Shown one piece after another: positions 15,501-30,500 of a stretch of DNA of 64,000 nucleotides. How positions within the stretch are numbered: position 1 is the stretch's first letter; each line of letters starts with the position of its first letter. Location: contig OZ249436.1 in assembly GCA_965235115.1 (NCBI GenBank), forward strand, positions 18,726,001 through 18,790,000, read 5' to 3'. This DNA comes from Laetmonice hystrix (Eukaryota). The translations under genes were made by a program, and so were the position numbers. The notes beneath the pieces are model-generated. The model was not told where the DNA came from. It saw nothing but the letters and a program-made list of their open reading frames with translations, and did not search any database.

Positions 15501-18500
15501 ACTGTTCTGGGACTCGTTACAGGTACCTCTCGCAATTATGGAACAAAAGTGGCCTAAGCCTGGGGGAGAATGACTCTAAGGGCTACTGGACTAGCCTCCC
15601 CAAAGACTTAACATAAACTAAATAGAAACCCCAAACGAAGGAAGCACCATAAAAAACAAACACAAACCACTGCTGGCATCATGTCATGAGTTCCCAACAG
15701 TGCATCATTTGTGTGGCCATCCGATGATGTTGCATGTTTCTGTGTATCCATGCAGAAGAGTGCGAACCCCAAAGAATAAATCAATTGCCATTTCTAAGTT
15801 AGGATGGAAGAAACAAATAAGTTTTTTATTCTGAAGGTCAGCATACAGCCTAGTTCTTGATGTGCTTGAACTGCCAAGAGTTATCATGACTCTGGAAATA
15901 AAAAGAAAGCAGGGGTTCGAAGTTCTAAATGACCGAAGTTATTATTAATTATTAAAGGAATGCAAAATATTAGATTTTCAGCTGTCTGTACATGTGCTTC
16001 TTACCTTTAAGCTTCTTTCCAACCCAAAATTGAACCCAATAGGTTGTTCAGAATAGAGAATTCAATAATAGGAAGAGGTGTGCTCTATAGAAGGCACGAA
16101 TATTGGAGTAGACCATCATTTTTGCCACGCCCATCATATTAACCAATCAAAAAAGACCGGGATTCCAGGACTAATGACGTCACTAAGTCAAACCACAGCC
16201 CTGCCGCCATTCATTCAGGGGTAAAACTTGGTATCCTTTATACGCGTCTGCAGGCCTTCTATACAACTTTACAAGTCGTTTGGACTTTAGTCCAAGTTTT
16301 AGAAGTACTGGAGACTAGTGAAGTCGAGACAGGGAGAGGTTCGTGATAGTGTTTAGGCCTACGACGAGGTAGCCTAGTAGGCAGTGGCGGATCTAGACTG
16401 TCGCTCAGGCAGCTTGAGCGACATACAGTCAGCCCCCCACCCCAGCATTGCTTTGGGGGCTGTTCGCAGCTACAGTCTGAGACTGTCAGTCCTGAGCTAC
16501 AGCCAGGCCTTGTCTCTGGATCCGCCTCTGGTAGGGACTGTCGACTGAGTCAGCATGCCAGGTTGTGTGGCTGTCGGCTGCACTCAATTCGAAAAGACCG
16601 AAGACCAGCGCTATAAATAACTATGTTGGCGGCTCTCGGTCGCTGCTGCTGCCGCGTCACATCCACCTGCCTGGACACCTTGTATCTCCCAGCCCAGAGT
16701 TCCCAGAGTACCATATTCTATGGTGTCCTGCCACATGGAATAGGGTACGCACAAGTGACGTCATTTGCCAAGTGACTGAACAATGTTCTTGGCACAAGAT
16801 GGCAGAGAAGGGCCGGTGAGGAGTGGCGGTGGATTTTTAACAATTACTTTTTTGATCGTTTTGTTCTGATTTTTTTAGAGGTCCAAGGTGCAAGGTATAG
16901 GATTGGTCTACCAGTGCAGTCCTATGTGATATAGTTGTTTTTCGTCGCTTTAATTATTAATTTTGATCAGTCACATCAAGCATCAAGCATTCTTATTTAA
17001 GATGCACATTTTCTAAAGGTCGCCCTGAGGTGCTGCTACATTGCACCAATTTAAAACCACACGACAGTTTTTTTATACATATTTCGCAACCACACATTTA
17101 AATGTTGCAGCCTCAATGGAAGGTGAGTAAAAAACGCAGCACTCATCCGTGGTCATCTTTCCTGTCTTTCTGGTAACCATAGCTACTGTTGTCATGGAGA
17201 TCAGAGACCCCTTTACTCCAGTCTTGGTCATGAGAAGGGAAGTTAAAAACGGTTTCGGTGGAGCCTGCATGTAGATCAAGGAAGTACGCCTCTGTCTGCT
17301 TCAGAAGTTAATCAGAAAGGAAAGGGAAATGCCTGTAAAGTCCTTGAAAATCCGAATAGCGTGACATATTTCCAGGCTTGGGGGGGGGGGGGGGTTAAGG
17401 ATAAATAGGCGGACAGCGGAAAAGTTGCTACATATTGGAGAGTCAGATAGTATGGTAGTAAACAATTCAGACTCTCTAAGAATATGAATAAAGTGATTGT
17501 TACACTTGTTAGACCATGTACCTGTTGCGAGCAAAATGATGGGTTCATCAGGTGGTACTTGGTCTTGTGTTTGCACGCATATTGTCTGCCCCAGTTACCT
17601 TGCGCTTATATACAGCTTCGGCCGGTAGATGACCCTGCCTGTATGCCTCGACACCCAGATCTTAAGGAATTTTGTGCCGAATTCAGTTGTACTAAATGCA
17701 GGGGCGGATCCGGGATTTTGCTGGGGGGGGGGGGGGGGGTAAGCGGGATAATTTGGCGGGAGGGGGAGTTAGCATGGTCAATTCAGAAAGTTCAATGTAG
17801 AAAAAAGAAAGATTGGATCCGCCACTGGAATGACTGTGTCGCAAAACTACCTGTGAGATTTTGTGACGAGCATATAAGCATATTTTATATCTCTGTGTAT
17901 GCTGGGTTTTTTTTACATTATATCGAAGCAGTTCTCCTTCAACAAGCAATCTGTCACGTTTCCCTTTCCGTTTTTCTGACGATATTCAGCAGGATGCCTA
18001 AAAGTGCCTTTTTTCTCCAGCGACCTTGTTTTGCGACTCCTAACTTTTATAGTCTAGCTACTCTTCGTAGTTAAGAGTAGATTCAAATGCTTCATCTTCG
18101 AAACTATTAGCTGATAAGTATTTGTAAGTTTTGTAAATTAAAAGGAGAGAGACCAAATAATTTTGGGCAGCTTTACATCATAATGGCTAGTTAAATTGAG
18201 CCATAGCGATCAGCCTTTAATTAGCCCCCAACCCAAAGCTTCTCCTTTACCCTCCATACGTCCGTCCGCTGGTACGGACATCCATAGACAGCGATTTCTC
18301 AGAAGTGTATGGGTCAATTTGTATGAAACTTTGCACAAAGATCAGGGACCGTCCCAGGATGATGCACGTGAAATAGATTTTTGATATCTTTCAAAAAAGC
18401 CGCTGAGCAGCCAGCTTGGATGTAAACACATTTTGAGCAGTAACTCAAGACAAAACAATCCCGATTTCTTTCAAATTTGGTGCAAAGAAGAAGCATATGA

Positions 18501-21500
18501 GGGGCAATGTGTATGCTAATGTATTGTTTGTTCAGAGCAAATATGGCGACACGGCGGCCATATTTGTTGTTTGACCCCCAAAATAACACTGTTTTGGCTC
18601 ATATCTTGAAAATGGTGCAAGATAGTGCAATAGTTACTATTATTAACAGGAACTCGTATGAAGTTTCGTTTGGCGCCATTTTTCATGACCTTGAGTAACC
18701 TTGAAAGGTCAATCAAGGTCATGCATATATTTTCAATGGCCTGTTTCTCCCAAACAGACATAACTTGCATAAAACATTATACATTGATCAGGGACAGTCT
18801 ACGGATGTGGCAGATCAAGCATATTTTTGACATTCAAAATGGCTGCTTGGTATCCATTTTGGAAATAAATACATTTGGAGCAATAACTCAGACTATTAAA
18901 ACGGTCCCGATTTCTTTCAAATTTGGTACCAGAGGAAGCATATGGGGGACTGTATCTCAAAAACACAAAGTACACATACTAGACCCACAGATAATTAGTT
19001 CCTACCCAGTTAGAGGCTGTGACTCTGATGGGGTCCTGTCTTCAATAATATAATATATCGCAATCACAGTGGCAGATTTTCTGTTGCCGATCATCTGTTT
19101 CCTTCGATACCAGTCAAAAGGTTGATTTTTACGTCAATGAGAACCTTATAATTAATATTTGTATTACAGGATGACCTCCGCACAGCTGTGGATGGCCTCA
19201 GGAATGCAGTCGACCAGGACGGAATGGTAGGAATACAAGATTAACATTTGTAGGGAAATTCTCTGAATGAAAGGATTAATTTCTTCTTGTCTGCGAATTT
19301 GGGAGGAAATGAATGGGAAATGGCGCATCCTCACACGGGACAAGTCCTAATTATTGCATGCTTCAAAAGTTTCACATTGTTATTTTATGCCAGGCGAATA
19401 TTTAAGTTATGATTTGTATCAAGTACAAACACAATTATAATTTTATTTTTAAACAAAATATAAGGAAGACTCAGTGCAACAGAAAACTGTGTGTTACACT
19501 TTGCTCTAAAGTAATCTTTGTATAAACTTGTTTTTGATTGCTCACACATTTTCTTGTTTTCTTTACTTAGACCTTGCAGCAGAAAACTGTCACATTAATC
19601 ACAGACTTGGAACAGGCGCAAACTAAAATAAAAAATGATGGTGCATTAGAATTGAGAACGGTGGGTGAAGTTTTCAGTTTGTAAAGATTCTATCCTGTTC
19701 AATGGTGGATAGAAGGGGTTCCTCCCATTTCGTCAGCTATCTTGGAAAGACTTATATCGGGTGGATAAAAAAAACGCCCCGAAATTTAAACTTCAATATT
19801 TCAAAAAGTAATGATTGTAATTCAATGAAATCTTTCTTAATATCACTTCATGATGTTGTCACTTGGTTGTTAATGTTACAACTCAATAGCTTGGATAATA
19901 TTTCCGTGGCGCTAAAAACAAAAATCATTGTACAAAAGCGCAATGCCGGGCTAAAGCGAGTTGTAGTCGCACCCAGAGTCCCTGGCCTCACACTAGAGTA
20001 GGTGGTCAATCGGTCCCCCGCTGCCTCTAGCATCAGATCGGTGTAGTTTCCACTGTCATGGGCTGTGCGCATGCTGCCTGGTATTATGTTTATACTGTAC
20101 TCTGGATCGTACTTTGCTATTTCGTCCTTCCACAACCTGTCTAGGCGTCTTTCAAAGGACTTAACGCTGGGAGCATTCACTATATATACTACGTCCTCTG
20201 GTAGATTGTTCCATAGGTTCACACATCTGTGTACGAAGGAGTATCTTCTCACGTTTAACCTATTATAGTGTGTGTCTTATATATCATGTAGTTGTGTCCT
20301 CTGGTTTCATTGCGGTTTAATCTTATAAAGTCTGTGACTTTCTGGATCGTATTTCCCTGTCATTATTCTTGTATAATTCAATCATGTCTCTCTTGTGCGC
20401 CTGTAGCTTAAACAGGGTAGGTTCAGGTATTTTAGTATCTCTGGGTACGACTTATCCTCAAGGCCGGGCATCTGTTTCGTGGCTTATCTTTGTACATTTT
20501 CCACTGCCCTAATGTGTTTTTTCAGATAAGGAGCCCACACTTGGTTGGCATACTCGAGGTGGGGACGTACCAGGGCCTTGTAAAGTAACAGAAAACTATC
20601 CCTGTCCAAATATGTGTTCTTCGTATTGCCCCCATCACCGAGTTGGCTTTACTGACTATGCCTGACATATGTTTATCAAAAGTTAATTTGTTGTCTATGG
20701 TTACTCCAATGTATTTTTCCTCATTGACTTTTTTAAGGATTTCCGAGTCGTGTCCCATGGTATAATCCTTCTCTTCATGTCTCCCAATCCTCATTGCGCT
20801 ACACTTGCCCAGGTGGAATTTTAAAAGCGAGTTGCCCGTCCAGTCATGCATATTGTCTATATCCCTTTGTAGCATTTCGCAGTCTGGGTGCACCCAAAGA
20901 AACTCGTACATTTTGCTATTATGATCTATAGAAATTACGAGCACGTAAAATACGAGTGTTTAGTAAAACGGGCCCCTGGAGTAGAGAATCCGATCCAGTT
21001 AACTTGACTTCACATAGTTGCGCCTTCTTGACCTCAATTAGGCTGTTCAGGTTTATCATGTTGTATTTTAACGTACTGTCTATATACATGAGCATTCCTC
21101 TACCCGTTTCTTCCTGTATGTTGATGTACTCAACATCATATCCTTTAATGTTGTACCGGGCAGGGTCAATCTTAAACTTAATGTTTCGGTCGTACTTCTT
21201 GCAATGCAATTAAGTGCGGTGAAAATTCCTTAATCGTAGATTGCAATTCAATGTGCTTTTCTTGTGTATATACATCTGTATTGGCTATCCAGATCTTCAG
21301 GCTTGATCCTGTTTACGCAGCGGACTGCGTGCTTCCTCCTCTGTCTCTCTTGTAGTTTTCCTTTTTGTTTTTGTGACCTTTCTTTTCCATGGCGGACCTC
21401 GCACCACGTACACAAAATCTTCTTTCGGGCCGCTGTCTGTAGTTTCTTGTCTGTTTCCCGCTCCTGTCTCGTCATATCCTGCCTTATACTTAATCCTTTA

Positions 21501-24500
21501 TAGGGGTCCATGGAGTTCTTTCATTTATATGGTTTCCTCATCATCTCTTGCTTATCCGACTCTAGTTCAAAGCTGACGGGTAGGGGTCTACTCTTAGTAT
21601 TTTCCTCCTGGTCATTATCCCTCCTGCCTTCTCCCTTTTGTCCTAGTCTTTTGGATTTGAAGTTAATTCCATTACTTGGGCATTCTGGCATTTTGAAAAT
21701 GACAATATTCCTTTGCCGTGCAATACGTTCTTTCACGTTGCTACATACTTCGTTGACTACCATATTTTTAGCTGTCGGATCCTCAATCCCTGGTTTCGAC
21801 CTTGTGTGATTCTACCTCGGTCGCCATCTTGGTTTCCTTCTGGCCTAATCATGCCGTGAGCCCGCGTCCATTGCGATTAATCTGTTCCAGTGGATGTGGC
21901 ACACCAATTTGAGCATAAATCCGTGATCCACAGACTGTAATATCTCTCTCCTGTCTAATTTATACCCCCTAAATCTGCCCCTTACAGGACAGAATTGCGA
22001 AAATTTAAGCAGCTATTCGAAACTGCCATCAGAGCACCGCGCATGCGCACTCCCGTCGTTGCAGTTTCTCTGTAGGGTTTGGCACATAAACATCTGGTTT
22101 TCTCTAGAAGTACTAGGAATAACACATAATTTATTATATCTATAGTCCACAACATTATACATATTGTAAAACATGCAAAAAGTAAATATTGAATTTTTTT
22201 ACCCAAGGTACAATGCGGTGCATCAAACAGGTGTCAAATTGGACACCTGGCAGCTGCATAATATTTGACTTATTTCCGGCATTGCGCTTTTACAATGATT
22301 TTTGTTTTTAGCGCCACGGGATTAATATCAAAGCTATTGAGCTGAAACTTTAACATACCAGATATAATATCATGAAGTGCTATTAAGAGAAATTCTATGG
22401 AATTATGTTTTTTTTTATTCACCCGATATAATACAGAGTACTCTGTGAGACTATTCCCGCTCTCCCCCTGCCCCCACACTCACTCGGGAAAATCATGGTC
22501 TTTACGACCCCTTTCCCGAAATGCTTGATCCAACACTGCTTAAAAGGTAAGACACGATCATGTGCAGAAAGTATGTACCCAACCGGTACCTCTTACCATC
22601 TGGTTGTCGGCCAACATACCACAGATAAGATATTCTTCTTATAAACCTAAATTAAGTACGAATATAATCGTTTTCCTGCAATTATTCCTGCAAAATTTTG
22701 TTTTTTAAACGGGAACGATAGGGTTTTTTCAATTCAATGAAAAATGGGTGATTTTGCCGGTCAATTTCGCAAGGAAATATACCCAAAGTGAAGCAATTAG
22801 TGGCAGCATTCTATAGTTTAGAGTATTATACAAATGTGGGTAAAAAACGATTTTGGAAACGTATTTTGAGGTTTACCTTCACTTTAAATACATGGTAAAA
22901 ATTGAAACTTCCAACGGCATAAATATATCTGCCGCCAGAGATATGTAGAAATTTACTAATATGTGAACTATAAACGTCTGTAATGTGGGAATGTTGTCTT
23001 TTTTCCAGCTCTTTATCAACACGTCCGACAATCTGTATTCAAAGATACAATATGACCTCAACGGTTTGAAGAAACAGGTAAGCATAGATTTCATGTCAAT
23101 CTGATATACATTTGTATTCAAGGAGAGCACCCAGCCTTAACCTTTTGAACAGTGCCCCCTCCCCCCCCCCCCCCCGTCTTTTCATAATGAAGACGGCCTC
23201 AGTTTCCAATATGGCGTTAAGTCGCCCGGTTCGCGATACTAAGACATCTTGCTTAAGCTTAAGCTTAACGCAACTGATTGGCTAGTTGTCACCGGTTTGA
23301 GCAAGGCAGCTTAAATGTGTGGCAATCAGCCAATCAGAAATCTTAAGCTTAAGCTTAAGCATGATGTCTTAGTATCGCGAACCGGGCCCTGGACACACTG
23401 GTTAGTGGTAGTAAAAAAAGGAGTATCTTGCCTTTGACAACAGATTGAGTCTGACCTGGGAAGATGTCGACCTCTTTACCAGTCGTTGAGCGGAGTTGTC
23501 AACATTTTCTGTGTCAATGTTCTCAACCCATTCGTGAGTACAGTTTAAATTTTTCATAGATGACGTAACTATCAGCACTGTAGAAGATGCTCTCGTCATA
23601 TTCTGAATGCATGCATGGTTACGTTTACGTTAGTTTTTTTAGTTCTCTGAAAGCCTGAACAACAAGCAAAATCAATTTACATTAGTCTGAGACAGGTATG
23701 GCACGTAGCGGAAAACATCATGTATTTATCATATACATGTTCATTAGGTCTATCCCCAACAAGTAATTATATGCTCGGTTTATTTCCAGAATGGGTTCTG
23801 GTTTAGCTTCGGCTGGTGTCTGGCCTTCTTCATTCCCAGTATCATAATTGCTGTCAAGCTGGCAGGGCTGTATCGTAAGACAGTGAAATATGACAGCCTT
23901 GACAACAAGAGTTTTGACGACCCGTAAGTATTAATGAAACTTTATAGTCTTTCAATATTAAAATCTCATTTCTTAAAATATGGTCAAGTAAAGGCGTTTT
24001 GAGGCAGTAAGTGATTTGTGGTTGATTTTGACAGGCGCATGTCGGGGGGAGGGTCCAGGGGGGCGCCCCCTGCTCCCCCAGAGCATTTTTTTCTTAGATT
24101 CAACGGAATAACGTCGAACGAGCAAGTGCAAAGCATTCACACCATTTTGAACCCGTTGAGCGATGACTCCACAAAATATAATCCATAAAATGGCCCCTAA
24201 ATGGCGGCGTCTCAGAGCTTCTAATTTTTTAAAATTTTCCGAGACCCCCACCCTGCTGAAAATCCTGGACACGCGCCTGTATGAATGGTATGAGCAGTAT
24301 AGATTTCAAATTAGGCAGGTAGTACAGAACAAAAAGAACACGACAAAAAAATAAAAGAAAGATAGAATAGATGAACATTACGGGTATGTGCGGTTTGCAA
24401 GGCCAGTACTTTCATTATAAGATTCTGAGAATGGAGTAACTGAGAAGATATCAGGCTTACTAGCAGTTGTCCGAATAGGCTATGTAATAATTATTGTGCA

Positions 24501-27500
24501 AAGAACGTGAAAATATTATGTATTCGGCCACAGAAAAGTACTCCGACAAATTTTGACGATATATCATCAAAAATGGGAATAATTTAGACCTTTTATTAAA
24601 AGGTTTCCTTTGTTTAAAAAAATTGAAGTAATTACTGTGTAATTAAAGTCTTACTTTTCAGCTAGTTTTTGTAATCCTAATGGCACGTTATTGAATACCT
24701 TGCTGTGGTCATACGTTGTATGTAAACACACTTTGTTTTTTGGTGTGGCAAGCAGGCCTTTGTGTTGATTAAATATATGCATGATGCATGAACTCCGCGT
24801 AGTCGTAGAGCTCTCACGACCAAATGTTACCTGCCAGGAGAATTTGATTTTGTGAAGGCTGAGTCAGTGTCAGTCCCGACTAAGAAATGTTACTAACACC
24901 GTGCCAAGCCATCTCTCAGACCAACACTCAGTCGTCTATCATAGCCGTGTTTACGAGGAAAAGTCTTAGATGAGTGTCATCCGAGAAAAGGAAAGGATAC
25001 TTCATAAACGACACTTAAATGGCAGAGAGCAGTGCAGACAAATGGATTGGTGAAATACGGTCATGATTCCATCAAAGGAATTCTGGCGGAGGTTCCGTGA
25101 TATACATAAGTAAACATGTTCTCTGAGTTTTTCTCTCTTAAGCAGCGATTGGAAAATAAGCCATAATGAAAAGGGTTTTTTTTACAGAAATGTTATATCG
25201 TCCAGGGATAATTAGAATCGTGGGCAAATTAGAGCCTGGGCAAAACAATTCTCCTATTTTTAAACCAGGAAATATTTATTGTAGTATCACCCAGTTCAGT
25301 CCTCTGCCATATATTGCACGACTTGAGTGATGGTCAACCTCCTAATGATAACTAATATCTAAAGCTATTATTGAAGACCAGGGATGTACGTAGAAAAAAT
25401 GCCTTTCTTTTAAACATCCGGAAAATAACTTTATACTTCGTTCTGTACTTTCTGACTCTGAAACTCAATATGTCTCTGAATCCACGCTACAGCCGTCGAT
25501 AGTAGGACTAAAAGTTAGACGCTGCTGTGTGAAGCATGATAATAACTTGTCTGCCATGTGCTGTAACTTCCAGAATTGATTGGTGCATTCCTGAACAACA
25601 GGTCGGCCTCTTAGGCGACCGTCGTCCCCACAGATGATGTATGTTTCTTGTCTCTTTTTTTCTCTTTCCTCCTCGCTCCCTTGACCTTACCTTATTTTGT
25701 CCCTTTCACCTGACCATGCTGCAAACGTGATTGATTCCTTCTTCCAGAGACTCTGGCGCCCGTATGTTCCTCAGCGGGCAGACCAATTACCACGTGCTTC
25801 CCACCGAACCCGTCTGAACACTCCCTTAGCTTCCTGCACACTTTATTTAAATTAATTTGATTGATTTACGAATTGACTGCATATGAATAATTGACGGAAT
25901 CAACTGAACCCACCTATCTAAGCATGCGATGAATATGCATGCATGGCTGATCCGAGATGTAGATATGAAAATAATAAGCGCTCCCTGAATGCTGGAGGGA
26001 GTTGATCGGTGGACTGGCTTTGCTTGACCTTTGACCTCTGACCCCGATAGCCCTGCTTTTCTCAACAGGAATTTTGATGCGTACACGGGTGTGTATCCTG
26101 GAGACAACATTCCCCTTGAAGAGTAAGTTTACCGTGTCCATGTTTCTCACCTGGCACCAATCCATGCATGTGCAAGTTTTCACAAACCTTGAAGTCAGAT
26201 CTTCTGACAGCTGTACTAAACTTTAACAAATACAACATAAAAAATACTCTCCGCATGATACGGTAGGCCTATAGAACTAAGTAGACCAACACCATATCCA
26301 CTAGAGCCTGCTTCACTTACTGTCTGCCTGGACGAATAATAGATAGCAGTCTTTCGCCCAGGTTGACTGTCTGTGTGCATGTTTGTGTCTGTCTAGTTGT
26401 TGTTTTGTGGCGTGTTTATTGTATTCATGTCAAAGAACCATTGTTATCACTGATAATATGGGACTATCAGTATCAGTTCCTGAAGCTTGCCAGCTATGCA
26501 GGCCAGATGGTCTGTCCTGGGTCTTAACCATGCCTGCACCATTGCGGGATGAAGCTTTAGAAATATTAACAACGTAAAACAAAGACCATATTTCTGCAGT
26601 CGTTGAAGTCCAGACCAGTGAACTCTTGCGATAACATGCCATACAATATAGATCCAGTTTCCAAATTAAGAGTATTTTTGGAAATAATAGAAATAATTTT
26701 TCAGATACAAGTTGCTAGAAAAACGCTAGAAAAAAGTAAATAGTGTATTCAATATGATGCAGTTTGGTTTATTAACTTTTGGGAGTAGGATATTCCTACG
26801 ATCAGTCCAAATATATTTCGCGACCTTAGAATTAATTTACAGTGTTCTAAGTAACGTGTTAACGATTTCAAGAAAATTGAATTTAAAATTAGCTTTTTTG
26901 CACCTCAGCCTTTTTTTAGAACATACGTCTAGGTAATGGATGAAGATGCTGTATATTTGGAAATATTTTAAAATTGCTTTATAATTTTGCTTAGTTTCTC
27001 TTTCGTAATCGTGTTTATTAGGAAAATATGACAAATCGGCCTAGAACATCGTAATGGTAAAAAATTACGTTTTGAAGCCATGCTGGCTCAGAAAGCAGGC
27101 CGAAGAGCTGGCTTCTCATTGGAGATAAGTTAAGATCTAAATCGGCCCTAAGGCTAGAATAGGCCAACGTTGTAGGGATAGTTAGAACCATATTATTCTC
27201 AAACTATCAATGCATAGCGAGATATAACTATGTAATTCTAACACCCAAATAGACGCCGATTCGGTCGATAGGAACTCCATTTTGACCCAAATATTAGTTG
27301 GAGTCCTCTAATTCTAAGGTCGCGCAGTGTCAAACCTTCTGGCAACAATTTCCTGAGCTGTACAGTTCCCAGTAATGTACTTCCCTAATTTAGAAAGAAA
27401 ACGTTTTGCAATGCCATAGATCTACATATTACCACACGCAGACAGACCATCAGTTTGCCATGGCTGCCCAGGCCAAAGGAGCAGTTGCTGGCTGATGTGA

Positions 27501-30500
27501 AAGAAGGTCTGTGACACCGTTCTATGGAGAGGTGGTGCCATCTCGTGGTGAACTTTTTACACTAAAGACCCTAGCAGGATGGTCTAGCGGGAAGTAACGA
27601 CAAACATAATTTTTATTTTTCGAAAGGGCGGACTACCCATGGTCCACACGTCTGGTAGGTGGCGCATGTGTGGCCTTGCCACGCTGCATGTTGCCCTAGA
27701 TACGCTTCAAATTCCGATCCCTGTCCTACTCCATATGGAGGGGCAGGAACAGAACTGGAAAGTGTGGCGTGTGAAATAACAAGTTTTGAGCTTTTTGTTT
27801 CTACAGTTTCGAACTCTTTGACATTGAGAAAGTACCTTCCGCTAGACAACCTCTGTGCTTTCTGTGATGACTTTTGAAGTTGTTAGTTTTTGTTTGACAA
27901 ACCTTTTTAAGGGGGGGGGGTTAAATTGGAAAATGAAGGTTTTAAAAGGAATTACAAATCGATGAAATTGTGTAATATAAATGTGTCTGGTGGGGTTAGC
28001 AACAGGGTCAGTGATGTCGGAACAGGGGGGCCGAGGGGCCATGCCCCCCCCCTACTTTCAAAAGTGGGTGGGGCATAGGCCTACTATGGTTTGCCCCCCC
28101 CCCCCCCGGCCACCTTTCAGGACTGTATTGTTCAACACAATATACAGCTGAGTTGAGTGACACAGTCGGATAATAATACTGTGTTTCCAGATGCCATGAA
28201 AACGCGTATTTGGCACTTTAATTTTTATTTTTTTCTAGGGGAGGACCCCCAGACCCCCCCCCCCCCCGGCTCGAGGCTTCGCGCCTTCGGCGCTCCCATG
28301 ACCAGCATTTCAAATCTTGGAACTTGGGACATATGATTTCAAATAACTTTCTGAGTGGGCACGTAGAGGTCCACATTCTCCGAACGCCCCCCCCCCCCAA
28401 CAAAATGTTCTGGCTACGGCTACGGGGCCTGCAACTCGAGTATGTTAGAACAGTTTGCCCCCCCCCCCTTCTTTTTTGCTTCCGACATCACTGAGGGTTT
28501 GCGTGTCTGTATGCATGTATATACCGGTACCGGTATGTTATTGTATACATTGTATATAGAGAAAGCACAGCTCAGTAGGTGTATATGTGGACATACATGG
28601 ATGCATATCTTATCTTTGGCAAAGAAGCCCTGAATAAGTTTAATCCATAGTAGTTAGGTATACAAATAATGTGCATTATATATGCTTGTATGTAATTAGA
28701 TATTTTTTCTGAATAAGATTTCCTAACCTGCTTTTTTCATAGGGCATTGTCCTTTATATGATCGCCTGTACGTTCCCATTCAATGACTTGAGTAGACTAT
28801 AGTCCTTTTATAACGGTAGTTACACACACTCCCGGTACCTTAGGCATAAGAAACTCTTAGTACTATAGTGAATTCCCTGGGTGAAAGTGATGTTCAAAAG
28901 ACAAAATTCTCAGGGAAAATTGGTCCCCGCAATTGTCCTAGCTTCTAATTCTGCAGTAAGTATGAAATCAGATAGTTGTGAACAGCCCTTAGAAAGCGTT
29001 ATGGAGACCTTTCTGTTGCTTTCTGGCGCGCCCTCTTCCCCCATAAAGTGTAACATATTGATAACACTTCTAATTACATACAGTGCAATTTTAGACAATA
29101 ATAAATATTGAGAAGTTTTGGGGGGACAGTGGTCATATTCCCATCCTTAACTCAGATTAGATGCAGATGAGATTAGATGAATTTGAAGGTGGCGGTTGAG
29201 GTGTGATTAGTTCCAAATAGAACATGGTCATCGTGATCGTGACGTCGTCGTTGTATGTAGGCCATGCTAGGAGTTCTCGACGTCTCCCCACCACCCACGC
29301 TTTACCTCCTGGGTTATTCGCCACACAGCCTCAGGGGTACACTTGGGGGGTTGTCGCATGGTTGCCCAATGAAGCGTGAAAATGGGGCAGAAATTCGTTG
29401 AATTTTGTCATCCCCATAGAGGTACGAGCCCTGAGATGCTGTGGAGTAACGGCAGGCAAGCCTCAATCAGTAGCATACATTTGGAATCTAAAAAGGATAT
29501 GTTTGCTAGAGCATGAAAGGTGACTTCCTCACGCTGTGTGGCTCCAGAGTTCGCCAAAGATTTAAGCACTGCTGTCTTTCATATAGCACGTGACGCTTTT
29601 CTTTATGTGTTTGTAGAAGAAGAAAATATGAACTGATAAGATCGGGGTATGTGAACTGGCCCAGTTTGTAAACTGCCTGGAGTAGGGGCTTGCTTTCAAC
29701 CCGACACAGACAGCTCAACACAGACTTCACAACTGACACTGTCCCTCAACGTCTGTACATCGCAACATAATCTACTCCAATTTATGTGGGGTTTCTACTG
29801 TTTCTAAAAATATTTTTTTACTTTAAGATAAGTCTGTATTTTTGATTTAGGATTATTCGGACTTTTTGTGTGGCGGCCAAATAACTGTCGGCCTTTTGAT
29901 TACCAGGTCTAGAAAAACAGCCATTCTGACTGATAAAACAGTATCAGTATGTACGTACAGATAGCACTAGGCTGTATACCTGTATTAAATTATTCGTATA
30001 GAAATCTTTATAGTTCCATGTCCCAAACGGGTGCAATGCGACGGCAAACACCAAAAGAATGTCGGATGTACATGGGGTTTCTGTTTTTATCAGGAAGTCT
30101 TTGTTGAGCTTTCATCAGTGCATGTTAGTGCTTGCGGTGCCTATGACGTACAATTAATGCCACGCTTTTTGGTAGAGGGTGTTTCAGAATACTTAATGCT
30201 TGATCTGCCTGGCAGGCGGTACGATAGTCGGCAGTCATTAGCCGTATTAAAGAATTGTCATTTTCATGTTTTCTGTGCTATCTTTTCAACTTTCCCCCTG
30301 TCAAAGACAGTCATAACGCATACTTCATAGGTAACTTTTCTCCTTTTTGCATGTGCAGCTATGATCGCAGGAAAAACTACCGCCAGGCCAGCCGCGGCCA
30401 GCCAAACACAGCATATGAAACGGACAACTACCCCAGTAGCCGGAATGCAACCCCCACGACCCCATATAACGAGAATTACAATAGAGACAATTACAATAGA

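Noticed and set aside
17484..18074. 196-aa ORF
   Set aside because: It runs through a poly-G TIR element and has no protein-like motif.
29261..29400. Possible additional prominin tail exon after tgtag
   Set aside because: In the required phase 2 it stops within three codons, and the acceptor is weak.
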